A stretch of 64,000 bases of DNA. It comes from Eledone cirrhosa (taxonomy: Eukaryota). The stretch is taken from positions 316,076,001 through 316,140,000 of the forward strand of contig OZ024741.1 in NCBI GenBank assembly GCA_964016885.1, written 5' to 3'. Positions within the stretch are counted from its first letter, which is position 1; each line of letters starts with the position of its first letter. A program made the position numbers and the translations under genes. Shown piece after piece: positions 15,965 to 29,586 of the stretch. The notes under the pieces were generated by a model. That model saw only the letters and a program-made list of their open reading frames with translations, was not told the DNA's origin and made no database searches.

Positions 15965-17370
15965 TTTCGTAAATTTTTCAAAATATTCTCCATTTGAGTT
16001 TCTTTGATGTGCTACATCTTTTCAATTTTAATGAGCGTATCTTTATATTTTCTGAGCTTGTCAAATCCTTTTGCTGCAATATTGTCATCACATGGGATAC
16101 TCATATCAATCAACAAACAGATTTTGTTATGTTGGTCTTTTACAATAATATCTGATCAGTTAGCTTTGATGGTCATCTTAGTATGTACAGGAAAGTCCCA
16201 AAGAATCGTTACATTTTCTCCCACAATTATTATAGCCTCAGAGTAATGCTTGTACCACTGGTCAGCAATTTTGATTTTATAATGCCGGCATATTAACCTG
16301 TGGAGATAGGCCAATTCTGACATGTCTAGATTTATACCCTACTGGTCCTAAAACTTTATATCCTGAGATTAAGTGGGCCACACTTTCAATCTCATCATTG
16401 CAGAATTGACACTTTGGATTTATTCAATTGTTCATCACATTAGTTTGGTTGTTCCGTATCAATAAGCTTCAATCTTGAGCTACGTAGCCAATGATGGGTG
16501 TGCTTCTGGTCAACATCAACCGTTTTGCACAAGCCACATATTTGCCATGCAGAGGTTTCTGCTCCAACTTTGATTCTAATTGCTCTTGCCCTTTTTCTTT
16601 TTCTATTTTGATTTTATATGCGTAGCAGCAACAGTTGCAACATTTCCCTCAGTCTGTCCTCCATGCTGAATATCAATCATGAGATCGGTAGCATATTTTT
16701 GCTCTCCTTAAATATAGACTGAAGCTTCTTATTCCTCTCATATTTTTCAATGAATTTCAACATCCAGTCATTTGTTGTTTCAAGGTATTTGGCCAGTCCA
16801 AATGTGATCTTGTAAGTTCAAATTGGATCAGGTCACGGCCTCCTTGAGTTCTGGGAAGGTAAAGACGATCCGCATCTGCTTTCGGATAGTGCAGTTTATA
16901 ACAAGTTAGTAACTTACTAATTTTTTAGTTGATTCTTTTAATTTCACTTATATTCCACTGGAACTGTCAAAGAATTTAGGGCTAATACTTTGTTATGAAC
17001 ATTTAGTTCTCATCTCAGAACTGTGCTTAGTCTCCTGTAACATGCCTTCCTTATCCTCTCTTTCATAATTGCATGCTGAATGCCAGAGCCATCATTAATC
17101 CCTAAGTATCTATAGGTTTGTTCCTGCTCAAGTTCCTTTATGGCTGTTTCAGCATCTTATTTAACTGAGTTTGAGTTATTTAGCTTCCCTTTCTTGAAAG
17201 TGGCACATTTATCAAGTCCAAAGTCCATCCGGATGCCGTCACTAAATGTTTTCACAGTCCGTAAAATGCCTTCAAGCTCTTCCTTGTCTTTGCTATATAG
17301 CTTTAAATCATCCATATACAATAGGTGGCTTATTTTCTTGCTGTCAATTTTATAATCACAGTTCATGCTT
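15965..17370 (-). mobile_element. R4/Dong-like LINE fragment (RT C-terminus to restriction-like endonuclease), decayed
   Basis: HLLYMDDLKLY and YRYLG, then LWDFPVHT..DII..LLIDMSIPCD..K..KYKD (PD-D/E-xK-type REL). Confidence 0.8.
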
Positions 17371-17607
17371 ATATCGTTAGAACTTAGTACTACATTGGAA
17401 TGGAGTACTAAGTTCTAACTTAGTACTGACTTTTTTTATGTATATATAGAGAGATAGAGGGAGAAGAACATTTATCGAGTCCTTATTACAATAGTATATA
17501 TGCATATAATAGAAGGCAAACTGACTTATATCTTCCTAGGTTCTCCGAGTTTCCTGAAGTAAGTTGATCTTATATATACACACACATATCTATGCATACG
17601 CACATAC

Positions 17608-17652
<45 letters not shown>

Positions 17653-17679
17653 CATATATATAAATATATATATACCTAA

Positions 17680-17710
<31 letters not shown>

Positions 17711-18161
17711 CGTGTGTGTATCTATACATATATATGTATATATATATAAATATATATATATACATATATGTGTGTGTATATATATGTGTATGTGTGTGCA
17801 TAGGCAAACATACACGCCACCATAACCTCACCCCTTCTCTCTCTCCTGCGAACCGTATTCAATGTTAAACTCTTTTCCTATCACATCTATTATGTGACAT
17901 TTTGCCTCACAGACCTTGACATTTGTACAGTTTCCTCTAGACGGCGCTGTGGATAAACCGTTGACAGGAAGCTGCGATGCCGCTCGGATAGACGTGTTCA
18001 TTTAATTGTGTACCAGTTGTCCGTAATTATTCACCAACCTTTTGTTTAAAGTACGGACTGGTGGTGGTTAGTTGTTTAGTGGTTGGGTGGGCGAATGGTT
18101 ATTGGATAGAAAAAAGACATGTAAGAAAAGAAATAAACCATTATTGGAAGTAATAATATAA

Positions 18162-18565
18162 TAATTGTTTCTACTTTTTGGCACAAGGCCAGCAATTACC
18201 CAGTGCATTACTGGTACTTTATTTTATCGACCCTGTAAGGATGAAAGGCAAAGTTAACCTCGGCGGGATTTGAACTCAGATCATAAAGGGACGTAACTCT
18301 ATGCTTCAAAGCATGGTGTCCGACTCTCTACCGATACTGCCAATCCACCGCCCTTCAGTAATAATATAATAATAGTTTCTGATTTCGGCACAAGGCCAAC
18401 AATTTTGGGGGGAGGGGGAAAGTCGAATAAATCAACCTCAGTACATTACTGATATTTTATTTTATCGACCCTGTAAGGATGAGAGGCAAAGCTAACCTCG
18501 GCGAGATTTGAACACAGAACGTAAAGGGCCGTAACTCTATGCTGTGAAGCTGGTTGTCCGACGCT
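18162..18565 (-). mobile_element. Two tRNA-derived SINEs with a Meta-like domain (18162-18355, 18373-18565)
   Basis: Reverse complement has B box gagttcaaatcc and ctttgcctttcatcc..gggtcgataaaataaagtaccag. Confidence 0.85.
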
Positions 18566-18699
18566 CACTCAGAAAACGGCGGAGTGAACTTCACAATTGA
18601 CTCAGTTGATAGTTGGACCATCCCACACGTAACAGCAGGTGTTCAACATAAACCCACAGCTTAGCAATACTCGGTCACCCAATGAGTGCGTGCAGAATG

Positions 18700-20355
18700 A
18701 TTTCGTGGCCAGGTACCGATGGTCGACCCGATCGAAAGCTTTCGACAGATCTAAGTTGATCAGAGCCCTACCCGTGCCAGGTTCCTTAGCCACCCTCTTT
18801 ATGATGTATCCCATAAGGTGGAGGTTGTCGGGAATGGATTTATCCTGAACACTAACACTCTGGCCAAAATTATAAACTCTGCGTTTAGCAGAATTATACG
18901 CCTAAAATTATTTAAGTCCAATTATTTAAGTCCACTTTCTTCGGGTCCTTTCTTATAAGCGCCATTGTCCCTCAGCTCACAGAACTGAGAATTCTTCCGT
19001 TCTGCTGCCATTTGGCGTAGACGTCCACTAATATGTCGCCGAACAAATTTTTGCGTAAAGCTCGTAGAGCAGAACTTCCAATCCAGGCTATTTGCTTCTT
19101 GTGCAGTACGTCATCGCGTCCCATATTTCATCGGTTATTATTGGCTTTTCGCGACACTTCAACTCCCTCGCTGAGAGCCGTGGCAGGCCATCAAGGTAGG
19201 AACTGAAATCCATCCCTTGATCCGTCCCATCATTGCTCTCGAACTTTTGCTCAAAGTGTTGCTGAAAAACTGCACATATCTGCTTGGGATCGTGTAATGT
19301 GCGCTTGTTGTCATCCGCCAAAGATCGAATTTTCGCTTTGATTCCCCGCCCCGCCTCCACCGCTCAGACCTCTCGAACGGCTTTCATCCCCTCGTGTCTA
19401 AGAGCACTCGCCCTAGCTCTGACAACGCAGCCTTTGTGCTTCGCATTGGAGAATTGGTCGAACGCAAATCTCACTGCGAGCACGACGGCTACGATGCCTC
19501 TTCCAGCTTTCTAACTAGTCCTTCCACTAGTCTAGTGTTCTCCAATACACCTCTTTTATTAAACATTATCGATTGTACGCTAGTTGCCCTTTTAAGGGCA
19601 AACCACCATCTGTTGTTGAAGATTGCCTTCGTCAAATCCCGCTTAACTAATTCACTATCCTGTATCTGAAATTTTTGAGCGCCGGAAATGACGTTTTCAG
19701 CTTCCAGTAACCGCGTTCTTTTTTATAAAGCTTATCTCAGTCGACTGTGCAAGTCACAAATTTATGGTCTGTGCAGTCGTCTGTTTTGAATTGTGGACAA
19801 CCTATACTAGATTTATCTATTTCTCTCCAGAGTATCCTATCTCGATACGATCTGGATGACCCGATGCGGTTTGTTCAAGTCCATATTGGCACATCTGGGA
19901 AATCCAGTCGTTACCTGGCAAATGCCTGAGCATGTTTGCGAGGCTTTTGCACCCTCTATTAGTCATTACACACTCCCAGTATGCGTCTAAGATACCGTTC
20001 CATTCGTTCACTTGCACTAAGGAGCGGGACATTTCAAAGAAGTTCCCCAGATGCCTGAAGAAATCAGGCTTTCCTGCCCCTATAGGGGCATAAACGGCCA
20101 CCAGTCTAAAGGCATGCTCTTCGCTGCTGTTCAACTTACACTCTGAGGCCAAGAACATTTTCCATATCTTAAGATCCAAGACTTTCCGAAATAACACAGC
20201 GACTGCACCCCTGGATCCCGGACGGATTGGAGATACGTACACCTCATAACTGCCGAAAATGAGTGCGAAGGCTCGTGTCTCGGATATTCTGGTCTCAATG
20301 ATGGCCACCACATGGATGTTCTGTGACATGAAGTCGTTGAGAAAGTGGCCCTGCT
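18700..20355 (-). mobile_element. L1/Tx1-like LINE fragment (APE endonuclease to RT), decayed
   Basis: VVAIIETR, LVAVYAP, SYLDR, DHK and ALINLDLSKAFDRVDHRYL. Homologous to 63550-63700. Confidence 0.85.
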
Positions 20356-20559
20356 TTTTAATTATTTAAAACAAGTATTTCTGTGAATTCGTCCCTAAAA
20401 GATAGAAAGGAATAAGGTCGACATGCCCCTATAAAGATGGTGGGTTCCATAAGTCACATAAAAACAAAATTGAGTCATATTTTGAACCACAACATGAGTT
20501 TAAACCAGTAAATAGTGATCTACCTCCGGATAACCATAGAAGTCTCTGTGTGGTCAACA

Positions 20560-21010
20560 TCTGTTACTTACCACCTCACTTCGAAGAATATGCTTTTGCA
20601 TTTCAGGAATAAGAAATAATCGAAATTTCTGATACTCAAAATGAATAAGGATGTAATAAAACAGGTAAATATGACAACCTTTGTAAACCAGGTAGAATGA
20701 CTCACATCATAAACAACCGCCGGGAAATGTCATATTATCGGTCTATGAAGCATAACGTAATGGCCAAAACACTATAAAATAAAACTCACAAGAAGGATAA
20801 TCCTGAAGATAAAAACATAGAAGAAATATTGTTACGGAGTGAATTTCATGATTTGAAGGAATATTGATGGAATGTTATTGTCAAACTTTTGGTAAATATA
20901 AACATAATACTAGACATAATGATCAGGGAGAGAAGAAAGGAAGTGTGTGCAGTAATGGAAATCACTTATCCAACAGATATAAACAATGTTAAATATAAAA
21001 GAACTAGAAA
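20560..21010 (+). mobile_element. Highly decayed R4-like REL fragment
   Basis: Remnants HNVMAK and LDIMI..VCAVMEITYP resemble 40884-41180. Confidence 0.5.
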
Positions 21011-21044
21011 ACTTCTATACGGATTTTTTTTTAAATCAGCGGGC

Positions 21045-21400
21045 TGGGCACTGCTGTGGGGTGAAGGAGTTCGCCTCGCAACCATGTGGTTCTAGGTTCA
21101 GTCATGTTGCGTGGCACGTTGAGCAAGTGTTTTCTACTATGGCCATGGGTTGACCAATGGCACGTGAATGGAATTTGATAGAGGGAAACTTCATCAGAAA
21201 CACATCCTCTATATAAGTATGTATATATATACGTGTTTACATATGTGTCTATATTTATATCCCGTAACTTAGCGATTCGTCAAAACAATATCGAAAAATA
21301 AGTACAAGACATGATAAAACATATATTGCGGTCGATATGATCGACTAATCAAGGCTGTGCCCCAATATGACAATAACATAGTAACTGAAACCAGCAAAAG
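21045..21400 (+). mobile_element. tRNA-derived SINE (CORE-like, OR-type)
   Basis: ggttctaggttcagtc, ggcacgttgagcaagtgttttctactatggcc, and tail aaggctgtgccccaatatgac..actgaaac. Confidence 0.7.
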
Positions 21401-21577
21401 AAATACTGGACGCAGACAATACCTGTAATTATTGGAGGTAACATATAACTGCCTGGACACTAATTCAAACTAGGATTCATTCAAGAATATGGCTGATATG
21501 ACTATTGCAATTACAACTGCCGAAACGTGAATCATCACAGAAAATTAGAATGAATGAATGAATGAATGTATGTATGT

Positions 21578-22205
21578 ATGTCAGGTCACCAGTTGGTGCT
21601 ACTGGTAACATGTATCCCAGTACAACCTGTCCCATGGTCGGGTCGTTGGCAACTAAACTGGCAACCCCACCAAGGTTTCTTGGTGAGGAGGGTGACTTTG
21701 GACATCCTGCAGGACTAAAAACAAAACCTGCCAAAGGGCAAAGGAGCTCTTAAGAGTCAATGGCCATCCAAAATCACCGGGAGAGATGACCCCTTAGCCT
21801 TTGTCAAGGCAGAATTCTAGGAGAAGGAAAACTCTGATATAACACCTGCAACCCTGATGGTATACAATGATGTTCACTTGTTCTTCTTTTTGGTAAATAT
21901 CATCTTGGTTAAGAGAGTGGGACTGGCTTTGTAGAGTGCCTTTGCTCACTATAAAAGCTTCACGGCACAGGCATTGCTTTATATCTGGAGATCTCTCTGC
22001 ACTTGTCGTTACATGGTACCATGGGCCCAGCACTATGTGTCAATAATTGTCACAAGTGTAGTGTCTGTACCAGAGTTTTCAAGTCGCTGGCTGGACTAAA
22101 ATGTCACACTCGTTCAGCGCATCGGTGGGGGTTCTCCTACATCGATATAAAGTAGTGGCCGTACTCGAAAACGAGTTGGCAGCCACCATGTATGTATGTA
22201 TGTAT
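21578..22205 (+). mobile_element. Internally deleted RTE derivative (5' UTR-like segment plus C2H2 finger and 3' end) between (ATGT)n tracts
   Basis: About 22057-22122 encodes CSVCTRVFKSLAGLKCHTRSAH. The 3' end tggccgtactcgaaaacgag..ggcagccacc(atgt)n matches the RTE 3' end at 36320-36360. Confidence 0.65.
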
Positions 22206-22372
22206 GTAAGTATATAAAATCTGCGATTCAGTAGTTACCGATGATGATCTTTTCTTCTTTTCGGGTTATAGCTACTGTCACTCAGAGTGTGGGATTGGTT
22301 TAGTTCACAGTCTTTCCTCACTTTAAAAAAAATCTTCACGCACAGGCATTGCACGATAACATTAATTGATAT

Positions 22373-22553
22373 GGATTGGCAGTATCGGTAGAGAGTCGGA
22401 CGCCATGCTTTCCGGCGTAGTTACGTCCCTTTACGGTCTGAGTTCAAATCCCGCCGAGGTTGACTTTACCTTTCATCCTTACGGGGTCGATAAAATAAAG
22501 TACCAGTAATGCACTGGGTAATTGCTGGCCTCGTGCCAAAAGTAGAAACAATT
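22373..22553 (+). mobile_element. tRNA-derived SINE with a Meta-like domain
   Basis: ggattggcagtatcggtagag..gagttcaaatcc..ctttcatccttacggggtcgataaaataaagtaccag. Confidence 0.85.
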
Positions 22554-22619
22554 AATTGATAATTACTAATAATGTTATATCGTGCAATGGCCATACTCGA
22601 TATTATGTATGTATGTATA

Positions 22620-24010
22620 TTTTTCTAGAAGGGCAAGAGAGAAACGTGAGCGAGGTGTAGGTTTTGCCACTCGAACTGAGCTAACCAGCCATCTGGAACA
22701 ACCCTATTGTGTTAGTGACAGAATCATATTTTCAGAGATACTTTACCACACAACCGTTCTTTGACTATATTTTTCGTTTATGCTCTGACTCTCACGTGTA
22801 GCGAGGAATCCATAATGGCATTCTTTTAAGATCTTTGATCTTCCAATCTCAAAGTCCCAAAAGCAGACAAGATTCTTCTTGATGATTGGAACGCCAGGGC
22901 TGGTCAGGATCACGAGACATGCGAAGCATTGGAGAAGTATAATCTTGGAAACATGAATGGCAATGGAGTACACCTTCTTCAGAATTTGAACTGGCCATTT
23001 GAAACTCCTTTTTCCGCCAGAAGGACGTTCATATGGTTACTTGAATTCACCCAAGATCCAAACATGGGTATATTCTTGATTATATCAACTGTCGTAAACG
23101 AGATCTTCAGGATGTTGTCACTGTCCGGGCCATGCGTGGTGCTAACTGTGGGATAGACCATGCTCTAGTACGTGGTAAAATGAAATTTCACATCAAACGT
23201 AAAATAAGATCTAATGGGACAAAGCTTTCTAGACGCCTAGACGTGTCGAGATGCAGAACCAGGCGGTTCGTGAGGAGGGCTTTTGAAGGCACTGAATTTG
23301 ACGACAAATGCGATCGGTATAAGTTCATAGTCTCAGGGGAAAATAAACATCAGGACTGGTTTGATGAAAATGATCCTCTGATCAACTATTGAAGGCGAAA
23401 AAATGATGTTCACCAAAATGTTTTAGTATTTCAGATAAAGACCATTCTGCTTTGCATCAGTCCTTCAAGGATGCAAAATATTTACTCCAGCGTGCAATCC
23501 GTCAGGTGAAAAATAAATGGTGGTCAGATATTTCAATGAAAATTCAGAGTGTCTATGATCGAAAGGACTCCAAAGGCATTGTGCCACCTGATCAATTAGG
23601 CTTTTGGCTCTCTATCCGCATCTATTGTACCACTCAGGTCCAAGGACAAGTTTGTCATTTTCAAGGACTCGGACAGTATAATGGTACGCTGAAGCGAGTA
23701 TTTTACTGATCCCTTTTCTAATCCCTCGGGATTTAATGCAGATATCGTCAATAACGTGCGTCATTTGGATATAATTCATGAGATGTCAGATCCCCCTGCT
23801 CCGGCAGAGGTCTAATAGACTGTGGAGAAGATTAATACTGGGAGGACACCGGGTCTTGATGGTATTCCTCTCCAGGTCTTGCTTCATAGGGGGTGACGAA
23901 ATTGCTGTGGAAATTTACTATTTGATTTCTGATATTTGGTATGGTACTCCTGTTCCCCAAGACTGGATTCATGCGATCATTGTTTCATTGTTCAAGGGAA
24001 AGGGGTCTTC
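22620..24010 (+). mobile_element. RTE LINE fragment (APE to start of RT), decayed
   Basis: GVGFA, RGANCGIDHALVR, KHQDWFDEND and VPQDWIHAIIVSLFKGKG. Confidence 0.85.
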
Positions 24011-24740
24011 TGTCGCACCTAAATAAGTATCTACCAATGCTGTGTCCTGACTGCTCTCTTGTACATCTCTGAGACTTGGACCACCATCGTTTATTGTTGC
24101 ACCGCATTTGCCATGGTACTTGGAAGCTAGAGTCGAATGCTACCATTCTATTGTACAGCGATTAGAGACAGGTTTTCTCTATCCGATTTTTTCACTCACT
24201 TGTTAATTTGTGTATGATTTGAGATATGTTGGTTGAGTATTTATGGAGGGACCGAAGAATAGTTTCTCGACTCCCAGCCATCACGTAAATTTCTGAACGA
24301 GTAGCCAATCGATTGACAGTAATTTGATGGCGCGTAAGGATTTCAATTACTACTGAACTACTGTGTCACCTGTCGCATTTACTGCCATAGACACACGGAC
24401 TGGAATCGAATTCTATCGAACGATTGGCTATTGATTATGCGAGAGCCGCTAGTGAAGCCATATGCGCCGATTGTGCATTATTGCATAATAAATGCAGACA
24501 ACGGATTCTGTACGTTCTCTTGCTGCTTTAAGTGTGGCCGAAACTCGAGTACAGGTATAAATTTATGCATTTACGTGTGTTGTATTGAGGCAAATAACTG
24601 TGTGTCTACTCTGGGATTTATGCATAACCTTACCTATTGAACACGCTGAGATGTAACAGGTACTAGCAGGGAAACCTTATGTTGGTCCCGTTAACCGCTT
24701 ACTATATATATATATATGTGTGTGTGCGTGTGCGCGTGTG

Positions 24741-24826
<86 letters not shown>

Positions 24827-26199
24827 GTATATAATAAAGTTATATCTCTATATGTACAGAGTGTGCACCTGTGTGTAAATAAATATACACATATCTAATA
24901 TGTAGGCGTGTAAAAATCCCCTGTAAATTAATCGATATACCATCTGTGTATATTGATATTGGTGCAGTGTCGGTTTCTCACTTTGTATGTATATAGATAT
25001 AACGTTATTGTACACTTCTGCTGCAAGCGCACGTTTTAATATATATCTTAATTAATTACCAGCACAAGAGCTGATTATATGCAAATTAGTACGTCCGTTT
25101 CAGAATAGTTCTAAGATCAAATGGGTATATAAGTCCACTAAATCTATGTTTGATTAAAGTTCTTTGGAGAATAAACAACGTCGTTAAAAGATCTTTATCA
25201 CTTTTTAGAATTTACAAAGGCGGTCATATTTTCTGGCATATTAAACGTGTATATTTATATAAACATTGGTGTAATCATAGTTGCATAGTCTGTATGTATA
25301 CATATATAACTTTATCATTCTCTACGTCTGTTAGTGTACTTTTACAGATAACTTAATTACCAAAACGAGCGCGAATTATATGCAAAATGTTACATCTATT
25401 TCAGAATAATATTAAGAGTGTATGCGTATATAAGACCGCCAAACCCATATTTCCTTGTAGCTGTATGCGTAGGTGTATATGTATGTGTATATGTAAGTCT
25501 AGTTGTAGCTGTGTGTGTAGGTGTATATGTAATGATATATTATGTGCACCGTTGATTGGTTTAGAATTTTGCTTCCCAATCATGATGTCATGAATTCGAT
25601 TTCCCGATGTGGATTCGTGGCTAAGTTTCGACAAAACTCTTATGAATAAAATTAGGTAAATGAAAACCGTGTGGAAGTCCGCAAGATGGATTGTACATGT
25701 AAATCAAAGGTTTCGCACTGTCAAACTAACACACACACATATGATATAAAAATAACGAAGATCGCTGGTATTAAGTCAACGTTCTCCGGTCAACGTCTAG
25801 CTCACTCAATGAATCTGCTGAATTGCAGTAATGTAATTGCAACCAGCTGTTCAGAGTAAACACATTTAGTTAATATCAGTTACGGTAGCTGAGTTTAGGT
25901 AGAGATAAAAGTAAAATATTGCTTCTGTGCAACATAACTTCACAAATGCAGATATTACAATGTTCAGAAAGTCACGTAATATCCGCAGATATTTACGTAT
26001 CCGGGCTATTACACGTCTTCAGCAGGCGGTCTAAGTTATAAGATACGTATATGCAGTGTGTGATAGCCATTACTACTGGATCACACGTGGTTTGATGGTT
26101 GAATATCTCTCCCAAGGTAACTCTATGTCGTGTCATTATTTTATTTTTACGCTCTTTCCTACGTTCCTCTACACACTCTCTCTTCACCACCGGATTCTG

Positions 26200-26283
<84 letters not shown>

Positions 26284-26328
26284 CAGAGCTCCGGCCGTTT
26301 CGACAGCTGGATCCGAACTAAGCCCCCC

Positions 26329-26363
<35 letters not shown>

Positions 26364-26429
26364 GAAGAGAGAAGAAACATTTAGATATAATTAGTAATAA
26401 GATGTATCATACCTAAACTGCTTCTAGAT

Positions 26430-26519
26430 TCCTCGACTACGTAGTTTCGTGGCATAATCAAAAACAATACATCATAGAGATATAGAGCCTTTGTGAGGTC
26501 TGCCGACTTATCAAGAGGA
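26430..26519 (-). ncRNA. Type I hammerhead ribozyme, U3-A8 core variant with a long helix II insert
   Basis: Reverse complement: tcctc-TTGATAA-gtcggca..(about 45 nt)..tgccac-GAAAC TACGTA GTC^gagga. Helix I is tcctc/gagga and helix III is the palindrome ACTACGTAGT. Confidence 0.75.
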
Positions 26520-27904
26520 TACCTCATTTTACTAGCTTCAAAGAGCACGTCTATAAGATGTGAGATAGAATCCCAAAAGGCGGAGGGGGAGTCAATCACG
26601 TGATACGACGGTCAAGAAACAGAGCTAAGCCCCTTATAACCCTGAAAAAATACCACGGAGGCGGAGGGGGTATTTATATCGAGGCCGTAGAAGAGGTGGT
26701 TAAGGGGGAAAGAAGTATGAGTAATGGCAGCTTTCCAGCAGTCACTACACTTCAAGGATTACTCGACCAGGGGGAGTTATAAACAATATATTGAGAAACA
26801 CACAGATACATGCGGACACATACATATACATGAATATATCCACATCCATCCTTGAGTTATATATATATATATATAATTAGTTACAACAGTAACATATAGA
26901 GGTACTTAAGTTTCGTTGGCGTTGGGTTATGCAGCCCAACTTATTAAAATAAAAAAAGAATAAAGATGGCATCTGGTGGTTGAATGAAATTTCTTTTGGG
27001 AAAATTATCCGAGAGCTCTTCAAAGGCAGGTAATTTCGAAAATAGCTAAAATAGCTATACATAACCCAAATTACTAGATAGATTGAAGGGGGGTAACTAT
27101 TCTAAAATTAATATTAAGAGTAGGGAAATATATGCTTAATAACCTAATAATATAAAGTTAATAACCAAAAGAATCCAAATTACTTAACATACAAATTAGT
27201 AATTCAAAGAAAATATATGTGTAGGCATGTATATGAATGTATGTAGATATGTATGTATGAATTTATGAATTTATGTATGTATGAACATGTATATATGTAT
27301 GTACATATATGTGTTTGTGTGTATGTGTGTATAGAATGAGGGTTAAAGGGGGATGTAACACACATATATTGTTGTTATGGATACCGCCAGTATAAAGAAA
27401 AGCCAGAGACGAATATATTGCGTCATCGGGGCCTCTGCAGAAATACCGATACATCCACACACACACATACACACAGATACACACACATACGCACACATAC
27501 ACACACACGCGCACACATATACACACACACATACACACATACACATACATGTATATATATATATATATATGTGTGTATATATTAAATATATATATAAAAT
27601 ATATATATATAAACATGTCGAATATATATATATACAAACCAACACACACCACCAACATACACCCGCTCCCACATATATATGTATAAATACATATATATAT
27701 ATATATCTTCAAAAAGGTAGAATATATGCATATATATATATATATATATATATATGGGGAGGGGGGTAGCCATTATCAGCACACACAGTAATATCCATCA
27801 TCATACACAGGTTACCACAACATCGACGCCCAGCTACCAACTCACGAAAGCTAACACATGCCACCGCCACCACTATAATCATTTCTAGTAGTCACAATCA
27901 TTAT

Positions 27905-28694
27905 CATCACCACACACATCAACACCACCACACACACACCCCTCCCATACCACAACACACCACAACACACCACCAACCCCACAACACACCACAACACACC
28001 ACCAACGCCACAACACACCACCACACACCACAACACACCACAACACACCAACACCACAACACACCACAACACACCACAAACCCCACAACACACCAGAACA
28101 CACCACAACACACCACAACATACCACAATACACCAACACCACAACACACCACAACACACCACCAACCCCGCAACACACCACAACACACCACAACACACCA
28201 CCAACCCCACAACACACCACCACACACCACAACACACCACAACACACCACAACACACCAACACCACAACACACCACAACACACCACCAACCCCGCAACAC
28301 ACCACAACACACCACAACACACCACCAACCCCACAACACACCACCACACACCACAAAACACCACAACACACCACAACACACCAACACCACAACACACCAC
28401 AACACACCACCAACCCCGCAACACACCACAACACACCACAACACACCACAACACACCACAACACACCAACACCTCAACACACCACAACACACCACCAACC
28501 CCGCAACACACCAACACCACAACACACCACAACATACCACAACACACCAACACCACAACACACCACAACACACCACAACACACCACAACACACCACCAAC
28601 CCCGCAATACACCACAACAAACCACAACACACCACAACACACCAACACCACAACACACCACAACACACCAACACCACAACACACCACAACACAC
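27905..28694. repeat. (CACCACAACA)n 10-bp minisatellite
   Basis: Seen directly, with caaccccgca variants. Confidence 0.95.
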
Positions 28695-29551
28695 ATGGGT
28701 GTGTATATGTGTATGTGGGCGTGTATTTGTTTGTGTGAGAGTGTATGTCGTTATGTGTATGTGTGCGTGAGTGTGTGTGTGCGCGTGTGTATCTGTGCGT
28801 GCGTGTGTGTGTATGCGTGTATGTGTGTGTGCGTGTTTGTGTGTGTGCGTGTGTCTGTGTGTGTGTGTTTGTCCGTGTATGTGTGTGTGTGTGTGCGTGT
28901 ATGTTTGTGTGTGCGTGCGTGTATGTTTGTGTGTGTGTGTGTGTGTGTATGTTTGTCTGTGTGAGTGAGAGTGTGTGTGTGTGCGTGTCTCTGTGTGTGT
29001 GTGAGTGTGTCTGTGTGTGTGTGTGAGTGTGTCTCTGTGTGTTTGTGTGTTTGTGTGTGTGTCTGTGCGTGTCTCGGCGTGTGTCTGTGTGCGTGTATGT
29101 GTGTGTTTGTCTGCGTGTGTGTGTATGTGTGTGCGTATCTGTGTGAGTGTGTTTGTCTCTGTGAGTGTGTGTGTGTGTGCGTGTATGTTATAGCCATAAC
29201 TTGACCTTGGAATCTTAGGTAGCGCTGTTTGTTCCGTGTATGAACAAGAACAAATAATTGTTTCTACTTTTGGCACAAGGCCAGCAATTATACCAGTATA
29301 TTACTGGTACTTTATTTTATAGACCTCGTAAGTATGAAAGGCAAAGTTATCCTCGGCGGGATTTGAACTCAGAACGTAAAGGGCCATAACTCTATGCTGT
29401 AAAGCATGGTGTCTGACACTCTACCGATACTGCCAATTCCCCATATCATATTTATGTATGTGTGTGTGTGTGTGAAAGTATGTGTGTGTGTGTGAAAGTA
29501 TGTGTGTGTGTGTAAAAGTATGTGTGTGTGAAAGTAAGTGTGTGTGTGAAA

Positions 29552-29586
<35 letters not shown>

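Noticed and set aside
22373-22460. tRNA-like A/B boxes
   Set aside because: These are SINE heads with no complete cloverleaf, so they are not called as tRNA genes.
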